Shown here: positions 16,819-24,536 of the stretch, piece by piece | Numbering within the stretch: the first letter of the stretch is position 1 | Layout: each line of letters starts with the position of its first letter | NCBI GenBank assembly: GCA_040393665.1 | Contig: JBEBTS010000001.1 | Location: forward strand, 1 to 52,091 | DNA: 52,091 nucleotides | From: Conexibacter woesei | GTDB taxonomy: Bacteria; Actinomycetota; Thermoleophilia; Solirubrobacterales; 70-9 | Direction of reading: 5' to 3' | Made by a program: the position numbers and the translations under genes | The notes under the pieces: generated by a model | Told to the model about the DNA's origin: nothing | The model's input: the letters and a program-made list of their open reading frames with translations, nothing else | Database searches by the model: none

Positions 16819-17761
16819 TCGCCTCGAGTCGCCGGAGCCCGTTGTTGACCTGCTCGACCAGGGGCCGGGCCAGCGGCTCCCCCTTGCGCACCAGCAGGAC
16901 CACGGCCCCGCCCGCGAGGAGGTCGGTCACATAGTGCTCGCCCAGGTAGACCAGGGCGAAGGCGAGCGATCCCGCGTATCCCCAGCCGAGGGCCCGCTCC
17001 ACCCGGTTGCCGGCGTCGCTCAGCAGGATCGCCGCCATCAGGGCGGTCGCGAAGTGGAGCGACGGCATGGCCGCCCACGGGTTCGAGGCGAGGGTGCCGA
17101 AGGCCCGGGTCCAGATCGGCCCCCAGATCTTCTCGCCGAACTCGACCATCACCCGCTTGATCTCCTCCTCGGTGTACCCGTTCTCGGAGGCCCACCACGG
17201 CGGCGCGGTCGGCACCGCGAAGTACATGGCGCAGCCGATGTCGAACACGGCCGCCATCTGCCTCGCCGAATGCGGGAAACGGTCGTTGTGCCGGATCAAG
17301 ATCCAGAACAGCGCCGCGTAGGGCTGGACGAACCAGAACCAGTGGGTCCAGGCCGAGAGCTGGGTCAGCTTCTGGCCGAAGCGGCTGTCGTGGAGCGCGC
17401 GCTGGAGGCGGGCGTTGGGCAGCCGGCCGCGACCGATCCACCGGTCGACCTTGATCGGGTACTCGATCCGCAGTCGTTCGCGCAGCCGCTCGGGGTCGTC
17501 GTAGGGAAGCTCGTGGCTGACCGCGAAGGCCCACATCTGACCGGCGAACAGGGCGAGGTCGCGCCGCCGGGAACGGGGCCAGAGCACGGCTATCGCCACC
17601 GGGGCAGCGACCGTCGAGGCCACCGTCACGGTCATCGGGATCTTCAGCTGCCGCCGGACGTGGGGCACGATCACGGCAGCCGCGATCGCGGCGAAGGCAC
17701 CTGCCCGGACGGCGGTGCGGGGACTGGGTACCCGGGACCTGAGCACTCTGGGCATTCTCAT
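16802..17761 (-). CDS. PAP2_3-type (inositol-phosphotransferase-like) membrane phosphatase-superfamily protein
   Basis: AMPSLHFATAL and GEHYVTDLLAG motifs. The start is taken at ATG 17761 (MRMPRVLRS...). The upper part of track ORF 16802..18052 overlaps the ctaC-like gene on the other strand. A 17-nt overlap with the downstream gene suggests an operon. Confidence 0.75.
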   Translation of the reverse strand: MRMPRVLRSRVPSPRTAVRAGAFAAIAAAVIVPHVRRQLKIPMTVTVASTVAAPVAIAVLWPRSRRRDLALFAGQMWAFAVSHELPYDDPERLRERLRIEYPIKVDRWIGRGRLPNARLQRALHDSRFGQKLTQLSAWTHWFWFVQPYAALFWILIRHNDRFPHSARQMAAVFDIGCAMYFAVPTAPPWWASENGYTEEEIKRVMVEFGEKIWGPIWTRAFGTLASNPWAAMPSLHFATALMAAILLSDAGNRVERALGWGYAGSLAFALVYLGEHYVTDLLAGGAVVLLVRKGEPLARPLVEQVNNGLRRLEAIASGT

Positions 17762-17809
17762 CGGGAGACGACAGGGTATGTGAGACGCCGCTCGTCCGCC
17801 GCTTGCGAT

Positions 17810-17815
17810 TAGAAT
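17810..17815 (+). promoter_or_regulatory. -10-like TAGAAT (shared TAGAATG..GGCC motif, copy 1)
   Basis: GATTAGAATGGCCCCCGTCTTG. The hexamer overlaps the annotated ATG 17814 and lies 10 nt upstream of the in-frame TTG 17826. Confidence 0.3.
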
Positions 17816-18608
17816 GGCCCCCGTCTTGCTGCCTCGTTCAAGAAAACCCGTGTCCCTGCTCACCGCGCTCGCCGCCGCTCTGGTCGGACTGGCCGCCTCC
17901 GCCACGCCGGCTATGGCCCTTTCGCTGAATCCCGAGGCTGGGTCGCCCGGGATAGAGAAGGTCAACACCCTGCATTGGATCCTCTTCGTGGTCCTGGTGA
18001 TCGTGGTCGTGGCCGTCAACCTGGCCATCCTCCGGGCGGCTCGCCCCCGCACCCGGCATCACGTGCGGGCCGAGGGCAAGGCCCCGAGCCAGCTCAAGGT
18101 CGGGATCGGCCTCGGGGTCGTCGCCGTGGCGATCTTCGTCACCGCCACCGTCTTCTCCGACAAGTCCCGCGAGGTCCCGGCCAGCGTCCAGACCGTCGCC
18201 GGGCTCGATCAGGGACGTCCGCTTCCGATCCGCACCACGGGCCAGCAGTGGCTGTGGCGCTTCGACTACCCCAACGGCGCGTTCAGCTACCGCCGCCTGG
18301 TGGTGCCGACCGGCGTCACTGTCGCGCTCGGGCTCCGCTCGATCGACGTGGTCCACGGTTGGAACGTGCCCTCGCTCACCGGCAAGGCGCAGGCGGTCCC
18401 TGGCAAGACCAACACCGTCTACTTCCGCGCCGACGAGGAGGGCGTCCACAAGGGCCGCTCCTCCGTCCTCAACGGCCAGGGCTACTCGACGATGCAGATC
18501 GAGGTCGACGTCGTCTCCCCGCAGGAGTACGAGAGCTTCATCGCCCAGCAGAAGGCCGACATCCAGGACGCCCAGGACACGGTCGAAAAAGAGATTGCGA
18601 GCAACTGA
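17814..18608 (+). CDS. cytochrome oxidase subunit II-like protein lacking the CuA ligand set
   Basis: Signal peptide, two TM helices and a cupredoxin domain (QQWLWRFDYP, DVVHGWNVP). These are colinear with the bona fide CtaC at 28302..29135, but the CAELCGIGHTTM block reads SSVLNGQGYSTM. The start could be TTG 17826. Confidence 0.8.
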   Translation: MAPVLLPRSRKPVSLLTALAAALVGLAASATPAMALSLNPEAGSPGIEKVNTLHWILFVVLVIVVVAVNLAILRAARPRTRHHVRAEGKAPSQLKVGIGLGVVAVAIFVTATVFSDKSREVPASVQTVAGLDQGRPLPIRTTGQQWLWRFDYPNGAFSYRRLVVPTGVTVALGLRSIDVVHGWNVPSLTGKAQAVPGKTNTVYFRADEEGVHKGRSSVLNGQGYSTMQIEVDVVSPQEYESFIAQQKADIQDAQDTVEKEIASN

Positions 18609-18614
18609 GTTCCC

Positions 18615-20309
18615 ATGAGCACCTACCCCACCACCGTGCCGCCGACCCGCCCCGAGCTCTCCAGCCAGGGCCCCAAATCGCGACCCGCCCGCTGGATCGA
18701 GCTGGCGACCAGCCCCGATCACAAGGTGATCAGCCTGCTGCTGGTCTCCGCTGCCTTCGGCTCGATCTTCCTGGCCGCCCTCGAGCTGCTGCTCACCCGG
18801 GCCCAGCTCGCGATCCCGGAGAACGTCTTCCTCAACGCGGTCACCTTTGACCGGCTGCTGAGCGTCTACGGGACGACCTCGATCTTCCTGATCGCCCTGC
18901 CGCTCGTGCTCGGCCTGCTCTACTACGTCGTCCCGCTCCAGATCGGCGCCCGCGGCACCGCCCTCCCGCGCCTCGGCCAGATCGGCCTCTGGCTGTTCAT
19001 CTTCGGCGGCTTCCTGCTGTACGGCTCGTTCCTCTTCACCCCGCCCGAGGCCGGCATCAACCCGCTGCCGCCCTTCTCCGAGCTCGCGTTCACCCCGAAC
19101 AACGGCGTCGACGTGTGGATCGGGGCCACCGGCCTGGTCACCCTCGGCCTGCTGCTGGTCGCGATCGACCTGATCACCACGCTGCACAACCTCCGCGCCC
19201 CCGGCATGGCCTGGCGCCGCGCGCCCTTCTTCGCCTGGGCCGCCCGCATCGTCACCTGCCTGTTCGTCGTGGTCGCCCCGATCTTCCTCGCCGCCATCAC
19301 CATGCTGATGCTGGACCGGCGCTACGGCGGCGGCTTCTTCGCCGGCTCCGAGGGCGGCTCCCCCATCCTCTGGCAGCACTTCAGCAACATCTTCTTCACC
19401 GCCGTCTACATGATCGTCGCGGTCGGCTTCCTCGCCGCCATCGCCGAGATCGTCCAGACCTTCACCGGCCGTGAGATCCAGGGCCGCAAGACCGTGATCG
19501 GCTCGCTGGTCGCGATCGCCGTGGTCGGCACCCTCGCCTGGACCCAGAACATGGTCACGGCGCCGATCCCGAGCGGCTGGAAGTACTACGGCATGATCAT
19601 GTCGATCGCGCTGATCGTCCCGGTCGGCCTGATCTTCTACAACCTGATCAGCACCGTCGCCGCCTCCGACTTCCACATGCGGGCACCTCTGCGGTTCGCC
19701 CTGGGCGCGCTCTCGCTGGCCTCGCTGGGCCTCGCCGTCGAGGTGATCCACTCGACCGTCGCGATCGGCACCCAGCTGAGCGAGACCTACGACGCCTGGG
19801 CCGCGACCCACTTCGCCCTGATCGGCTTCGTTCTGTTCGGCGGCTTCGCCGCGATCAGCTACTGGTACCCGAAGATGACCGGCGTCCAGCTGAACGAGGA
19901 CCGGTCCCGGATCTCCTTCCAGGTCATGTTCCTCGGCGCGGTCGTCGCGCTGCTCCCGCTCTTCGCGGCGGGCCTCGAGGGCCAGGTCACCGACGCCTAC
20001 CGCTTCTACGGCGACCAGGGCGTCGACGTCTGGAACCTGATCGCCTCGATCGGCACCCTGATCCTGTTCGTCGGCGTCGTGCTCGCCGTCGGCAACCTGA
20101 TCAAGAGCCGCGAGGAAGAGCCGGCCGTCACGCCCGACCCCTGGGGCGGCGACTCGCTCGAGTGGCTCGCGCTCTCGCCGCCTCCGGCCCACAACTTCGA
20201 CGTCCTCCCGGACGTCCGCAGCACCCGGCCGATGCGCGACATCCGCGAGGCCGTCCGTCGCCGGGACTCCGAGGCCACTGCGGCCAGTGAGTCCCAGCCG
20301 GTAGCCTGA
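18615..20309 (+). CDS. haem-copper oxidase subunit I-like protein with 5 of 6 canonical His ligands substituted
   Basis: 564 aa, COX1 length, and colinear with CtaD (26351..28261): YVVPLQIGARGTALPRL, NLRAPGM, ETY...FVLFGG, WYPKMTG. Metal-ligand and proton-channel residues are replaced (see findings). Confidence 0.85.
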   Translation: MSTYPTTVPPTRPELSSQGPKSRPARWIELATSPDHKVISLLLVSAAFGSIFLAALELLLTRAQLAIPENVFLNAVTFDRLLSVYGTTSIFLIALPLVLGLLYYVVPLQIGARGTALPRLGQIGLWLFIFGGFLLYGSFLFTPPEAGINPLPPFSELAFTPNNGVDVWIGATGLVTLGLLLVAIDLITTLHNLRAPGMAWRRAPFFAWAARIVTCLFVVVAPIFLAAITMLMLDRRYGGGFFAGSEGGSPILWQHFSNIFFTAVYMIVAVGFLAAIAEIVQTFTGREIQGRKTVIGSLVAIAVVGTLAWTQNMVTAPIPSGWKYYGMIMSIALIVPVGLIFYNLISTVAASDFHMRAPLRFALGALSLASLGLAVEVIHSTVAIGTQLSETYDAWAATHFALIGFVLFGGFAAISYWYPKMTGVQLNEDRSRISFQVMFLGAVVALLPLFAAGLEGQVTDAYRFYGDQGVDVWNLIASIGTLILFVGVVLAVGNLIKSREEEPAVTPDPWGGDSLEWLALSPPPAHNFDVLPDVRSTRPMRDIREAVRRRDSEATAASESQPVA

Positions 20310-20314
20310 GTCCC

Positions 20315-21253
20315 ATGATCGAAGGTGCCGACGCGCGATCCTCGCGCATTCGGCAAGACACCCCGGCGGCCCGCAGCGGGCTGCGCTTTGACGTGGTCCC
20401 GTTGATACGGGACTACGTCACGTTGACCAAGCCGCGGATCATCAGCCTCCTGCTGCTGACCACGGTGGCGACGATGTTCGTCGCCCGGCCCTCCGGGCTG
20501 GCCCTCTCCACCATCCTCTGGACCATGCTCGGCGGCTACCTCGCCGCCGGTGGCGCCGGGGCGATCAACCACTACATCGACCGCAACCGCGACTCGCGGA
20601 TGGCGCGGACCAGTTCGCGCCCGCTGGCCAACGGCCGGATCAAGCCCCTCCACGGCCTGATCTTCGGCATCGTGCTCGGCGTCCTCGCCTTCTTCCAGCT
20701 CTGGCTGACCACCAACCTGCTGGCCGCCTCCCTGGCCATGGTCGGCCTGTTGGGCTACGTCTTCCTCTACACCCTGTGGCTCAAGCCGCTGACCCCGCAG
20801 AACATCGTGATCGGCGGCAGCGCCGGCGCGGTCCCTCCCCTGGTCGGCTGGGCCGCCGCCTCCGGCGGGCTCACCTGGGACGCCTTCTGGCCCTTCGCCA
20901 TCATCTTCTTCTGGACCCCGCCCCACTTCTGGGCGCTCTCGCTGATGATCAAGGACGACTACGCCAAGACCGGCGTGCCGATGCTGCCGGTGGTCAAGGG
21001 CGAGGCCGAGACCCGGCGCCAGATCCTGATCTACACGATCTTCATGGTCGGCTTCACCGTCGGCCCCAGCTGCACCGGGCTGCTCGGGCCGCTCTACCTG
21101 TTCTCCTCGATCGTCCTCGGTGCCGTCTACGTCGGCTTCTCCTTCGCGCTCTGGCGCAATCCCAACCCGGGGATCATCCTCAAGGCGTATCTCTACTCGC
21201 TGGCGTACCTGGCGCTGCTGTTCGTCGCGATGGCGATCGACGCGGTCTCCTGA
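20315..21253 (+). CDS. ctaB: protohaem IX farnesyltransferase (haem O synthase)
   Basis: UbiA-fold motifs NHYIDRNRDSRMARTSSRPL and FFWTPPHFWAL; 312 aa. It starts 5 nt after the preceding stop. Confidence 0.92.
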   Translation: MIEGADARSSRIRQDTPAARSGLRFDVVPLIRDYVTLTKPRIISLLLLTTVATMFVARPSGLALSTILWTMLGGYLAAGGAGAINHYIDRNRDSRMARTSSRPLANGRIKPLHGLIFGIVLGVLAFFQLWLTTNLLAASLAMVGLLGYVFLYTLWLKPLTPQNIVIGGSAGAVPPLVGWAAASGGLTWDAFWPFAIIFFWTPPHFWALSLMIKDDYAKTGVPMLPVVKGEAETRRQILIYTIFMVGFTVGPSCTGLLGPLYLFSSIVLGAVYVGFSFALWRNPNPGIILKAYLYSLAYLALLFVAMAIDAVS

Positions 21254-21307
21254 TCCGGGCCGCACCGAGCCGTCCCGACAGCCGCCCGTCCTGATAGAAA
21301 TAGCGCC

Positions 21308-21421
21308 ATGGATCGCAAGACCACCAAGTCGAATCTCTCCACCGGCATGCTCTTCGGCGCCGGCTCCGCGGCGGTCTTCGCCCTGACTTTCATCTTCGCG
21401 ATGATCTACATCGCCGGCTAA
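21308..21421 (+). CDS. 37-aa single-TM peptide (hand-found, below the track threshold)
   Basis: ATG 21308 gives MDRKTTKSNLSTGMLFGAGSAAVFALTFIFAMIYIAG*. Third codon positions are G/C-rich. It lies between ctaB and the next small membrane ORF. Confidence 0.45.
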   Translation: MDRKTTKSNLSTGMLFGAGSAAVFALTFIFAMIYIAG

Positions 21422-21440
21422 GACACAGGAGCCCGCCAGA

Positions 21441-21731
21441 ATGAGCCAGAACCAGATCACCAACCCGACCGAGACGATCGAGCTCCCCACCGCCACCTGG
21501 GCCCCCGCCGTGTTCGCCTTCGGCGTGCTCGGCCTCGTCGCCGGCACCTTCGCCTCGGGCTTCATGTTCCCCGCCTGGTGCTACGCCGCCGTCGGCGCGG
21601 TCCTGGTGCTCTTTTCGCTCCGCAGCATGATCAACCGCGGCCGCCGGTCCTTCTACGGCCTCCCTCGCGAGACCGAGGACGTCCGGGCCGAGCTGCCGGT
21701 CGAGAGCTTCAGCGCTCCGACCCGGGACTGA
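21441..21731 (+). CDS. small two-TM membrane protein
   Basis: 96 aa, PAVFAFGVLGLVAGTFASGFMFPAWCYAAVGAVLVLFSL. It is the last gene before a strong terminator. Confidence 0.6.
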   Translation: MSQNQITNPTETIELPTATWAPAVFAFGVLGLVAGTFASGFMFPAWCYAAVGAVLVLFSLRSMINRGRRSFYGLPRETEDVRAELPVESFSAPTRD

Positions 21732-21754
21732 GCCCCGAGCCTCCCCCGCACTTC

Positions 21755-21786
21755 AAAGACCGGCCTCCAGGCCGGTCTTTTTCGTT
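21755..21786 (+). terminator. intrinsic terminator
   Basis: AAAGACCGGCC-TCCA-GGCCGGTCTTT followed by TTCGTT: a perfect 11-bp stem plus a T-run. Confidence 0.8.
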
Positions 21787-21822
21787 CCCCGTCCGTTCTC
21801 TCGCCCGCCCGGGCGCGTCTCC

Positions 21823-22221
21823 TCAGGGAGGGCCGCCCGAGGTGGCGCCGTCGGCGGTCCAGACCCGCATGATGTCCCGCATCGAGAGCACTCCGATCAG
21901 CTCGCCCTCGCGGTAGACGGCGAGGTGCCGGATCCCCCGCCGGGACATCTCCATCGCGGCCCGCTCCATGCTCCACTCCGGGGAGGCGGTGATCACGCTC
22001 TCGCTCATGTGGTCACCGACCTGCTCCGCGTCCGGGTCGAGCCCGGTGCCGAGCGCCCGCAGGATGTCCCGCTCGGTGAGGATCCGCGGGACCGCCCACT
22101 CCTCGTCCTCGACGATCGCCGCGCCGATCCCCTTCTTGGTCATCTCCTCCGCCGCCCGGCGGAGCGTGAGCCCGGGCCCGATCCGCAGAACCACCTCTGA
22201 CATACCCACGCTTACCCGCAT
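21823..22221 (-). CDS. CBS-domain pair protein
   Basis: 132 aa from ATG 22221 (preceded by AAGGA): MRVSVGMSEVV...ILTERDILRAL...VLSMRDIMRV, which reads as two CBS repeats. Confidence 0.8.
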   Translation of the reverse strand: MRVSVGMSEVVLRIGPGLTLRRAAEEMTKKGIGAAIVEDEEWAVPRILTERDILRALGTGLDPDAEQVGDHMSESVITASPEWSMERAAMEMSRRGIRHLAVYREGELIGVLSMRDIMRVWTADGATSGGPP

Positions 22222-22370
22222 CCCACGTCCTTTCCGCGGCCCCGTGACCAGTGCCGTCCGCTCAGGTGCACTTTGTGCTGATTGTCTCCAGCCTACCCAT
22301 TGGAGGCCCGGTGCGCAACCGTCCACGGGCGCCCGTTCCGAGGTCGAGGCATCGGCTCCGCCCGGACATA

Positions 22371-22376
22371 TAGAAT
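22371..22376 (+). promoter_or_regulatory. -10-like TAGAAT (shared motif, copy 2)
   Basis: CATATAGAATGGCCGCGCC, 24 nt upstream of the cytochrome c ATG. Confidence 0.3.
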
Positions 22377-22400
22377 GGCCGCGCCTCATCCCATACGCCC

Positions 22401-23114
22401 ATGCTGAAGATCAAGTCTCTCCACAAACTTCCCGTCCTCCTCGCCTCCATCGGCCTGCTCGGCATCCTCGCCGCCGGCTGTGGCACCAACACCTCGGCCC
22501 CGATCCACGGTGACTTCCAGGATCGCGGACGCCAGCTGTTCAACGCCAAGTGCGGCACCTGTCACATCATGGCCCAGGCTGCCTCCACCGGCACCCAGGG
22601 ACCGGATCTCGACGCCGCCTTCGCCACCGCCCGCGAGATCGGCATGGACGAGGACACGGTCAAGGGCATCGTCCGCGCCCAGGTCATCCGCCCGATGCCG
22701 TCGAACCCGAACTTCCCCGGCATCTCCATGCCGGCCAACATCGTCACCGGCAATGACCTCGAGGACGTCGCCGCCTACGTCGCCCGCTACGCCGGCGTCC
22801 CCGGCGCCCGTCCGCCCCGCGCCCCCGGCCGTGGCCCCGGCGCCCAGGTCTTCGCCAACAACGGCTGCGGCAGCTGCCACATCCTCGCCGAGGCCCAGTC
22901 CGCCGGCACGCTCGGCCCGAACCTCGACGAGGTCATCCCGAGCATGAGCCGCGACCAGATCCACGAGGCCATCGTCGATCCGAACGCGTCCAAGCCGAAG
23001 GGCTACGAGAACGTCGACATGCCCGACCGGTTCGGCAACCTGCCGCCCGATCAGCTCGATCAGCTGATCGAGTTCCTCATGTCATCGGCAGGGTCCGATG
23101 GCCAGAGCAACTGA
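22401..23114 (+). CDS. dihaem c-type cytochrome lipoprotein
   Basis: Lipobox LAAGC after a signal peptide, and two CXXCH motifs (CGTCH, CGSCH), each followed by a distal Met region. Confidence 0.9.
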   Translation: MLKIKSLHKLPVLLASIGLLGILAAGCGTNTSAPIHGDFQDRGRQLFNAKCGTCHIMAQAASTGTQGPDLDAAFATAREIGMDEDTVKGIVRAQVIRPMPSNPNFPGISMPANIVTGNDLEDVAAYVARYAGVPGARPPRAPGRGPGAQVFANNGCGSCHILAEAQSAGTLGPNLDEVIPSMSRDQIHEAIVDPNASKPKGYENVDMPDRFGNLPPDQLDQLIEFLMSSAGSDGQSN

Positions 23115-24054
23115 GTCGATCCGCTCCCGGATTACCGGGTTCCGCCTATCGCCTGAGCGTTATGCACTGATCACGCTCGTCGCATTGATCACGCTGACCG
23201 TGATCGTGCTCACCGGCGCCGCCGTGCGACTGACGGCATCCGGCCTGGGATGCCCCGACTGGCCCAAGTGCTACGACCAGTACGTCGCCCCGGCCCAGAT
23301 CAACGCCTGGATCGAGTACGGCAACCGGCTCGTGACCGGCGTGGTCGGCATCGCGGTCATCGCCGCCTCCCTCCTCGCCTTCTTCCGCCGCCCCTATCGC
23401 TGGCACCTCGCGGTGATCGGCGTCCTCCTGCCGCTCGGGGTCATCGGGCAGGCAATCCTCGGCGCGTTCGTCGTCTACTACCACCTGCCCCCCGAGCTGG
23501 TGATCTTCCACTTCATCCTCTCGATGATCCTGCTCGACGCCGCCTACGCCCTCTGGTGGTGCTCGCGCCACGAACCGGGAGAGCGACGCTTCTCGCGCGA
23601 CTGGCTGGGCGTGTGGGCCGTCCGGGCCCTGATCCCCTTCGGGCAGCTGACCGTGCTTCTGGGGACGATCTCGACCGCCTCAGGCCCCCATCCTGGCGAC
23701 CACGACTCGGAGATGGTCCGCCGCTTCACCTTCAAGGGCGCCGACACCCTCGAGTGGATCGTCCAGCGCCACGCCGCCTCCGCCATCCTGTTCACGCTGG
23801 CGATCATCACCGTGATCTTCATCCTGCGCCGCCGCGGCGGCGACCGTCGCGCCCAGAGGCCGCTGCTCTTCTGCCTCGGCCTGATCCTCACGCAGATCGC
23901 GGTCGGGGTGATCCAGTGGCAGCTCCACCTCCCCGCCGCGCTCGTCTGGGTCCACGTCGCCCTGGCGACCCTGCTGTGGCTTGGCATACTCTGGTCGGTG
24001 GCCACCGCCGGCCAGATCGAGCCATCGGCCCGGCGCGGCATCAAGTGGATCTGA
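23098..24054 (+). CDS. ctaA: haem A synthase (COX15/CtaA)
   Basis: 318 aa with 8 predicted TM helices, GLGCPDWPKC and conserved His-bearing helices. It overlaps the cytochrome c gene by 17 nt. Confidence 0.9.
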   Translation: MARATESIRSRITGFRLSPERYALITLVALITLTVIVLTGAAVRLTASGLGCPDWPKCYDQYVAPAQINAWIEYGNRLVTGVVGIAVIAASLLAFFRRPYRWHLAVIGVLLPLGVIGQAILGAFVVYYHLPPELVIFHFILSMILLDAAYALWWCSRHEPGERRFSRDWLGVWAVRALIPFGQLTVLLGTISTASGPHPGDHDSEMVRRFTFKGADTLEWIVQRHAASAILFTLAIITVIFILRRRGGDRRAQRPLLFCLGLILTQIAVGVIQWQLHLPAALVWVHVALATLLWLGILWSVATAGQIEPSARRGIKWI

Positions 24055-24113
24055 CCGTACCGCCGGCCTGACCGGCCCGGGAGCGGTCCCGTCGAAGCTG
24101 AGAAGGAGCAGGC

Positions 24114-24449
24114 ATGAAGACCGTCCATCCCGTCACCGACCAGCTCCACCCGGAACCGCTGGATCCGGGTCAGATCGTCTCCGGCGATCCCCGGACCTCC
24201 AGCCTCACCCTGGCCGAGAGCGATGACGCGACCGAGGAGGTCGGCTTCTGGCGCTGCGAGCCGGGGACCTTCCGCGACGTCGAGGCCCGTGAGACCTTCC
24301 TCGTGATCACCGGCCGGGCCGTGATCGAGTTCGACACCGGCGAGACGATCACGGTCGGACCGGGAGACATCCACCGCTTCCAGGGCGGCGAGAGAACCCT
24401 CTGGAAGGTCGAGGAGACGCTTCTCAAGACCTACTGGGCCCGGGACTGA
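24114..24449 (+). CDS. cupin_3 (DUF861/EutQ-like) small cupin
   Basis: GFWRCEPGTF...ETFLVITGRAVIEF...GDIHRFQGGERTLWKV. GAAGGAG RBS upstream. Confidence 0.8.
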   Translation: MKTVHPVTDQLHPEPLDPGQIVSGDPRTSSLTLAESDDATEEVGFWRCEPGTFRDVEARETFLVITGRAVIEFDTGETITVGPGDIHRFQGGERTLWKVEETLLKTYWARD

Positions 24450-24536
24450 CCCGCGAGGGGCGCGCTCGCTCTGCGGGCTCCCAGGGCTTCCGGCTCGCGG
24501 GCGGCTGTCACCCGCGCGCCGACCGGCCGGCCGGCG

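Noticed and set aside
17762-18052. Upstream extension of the PAP2 ORF (track 16802..18052).
   Set aside because: It overlaps the signal-peptide and TM region of the ctaC-like gene on the + strand. The translation is Arg/Thr-rich and non-membrane-like. The ATG at 17761 gives a sensible N-terminus.
20288-20315. Direct repeat TGAGTCCCA (20288-20296 and 20307-20315) at the ctaD-like/ctaB junction as a possible recombination scar.
   Set aside because: It is only 9 nt long. The first copy lies within the coding sequence (ASESQP). There is no further evidence of rearrangement. It is noted only as part of the similar SD-less junctions.
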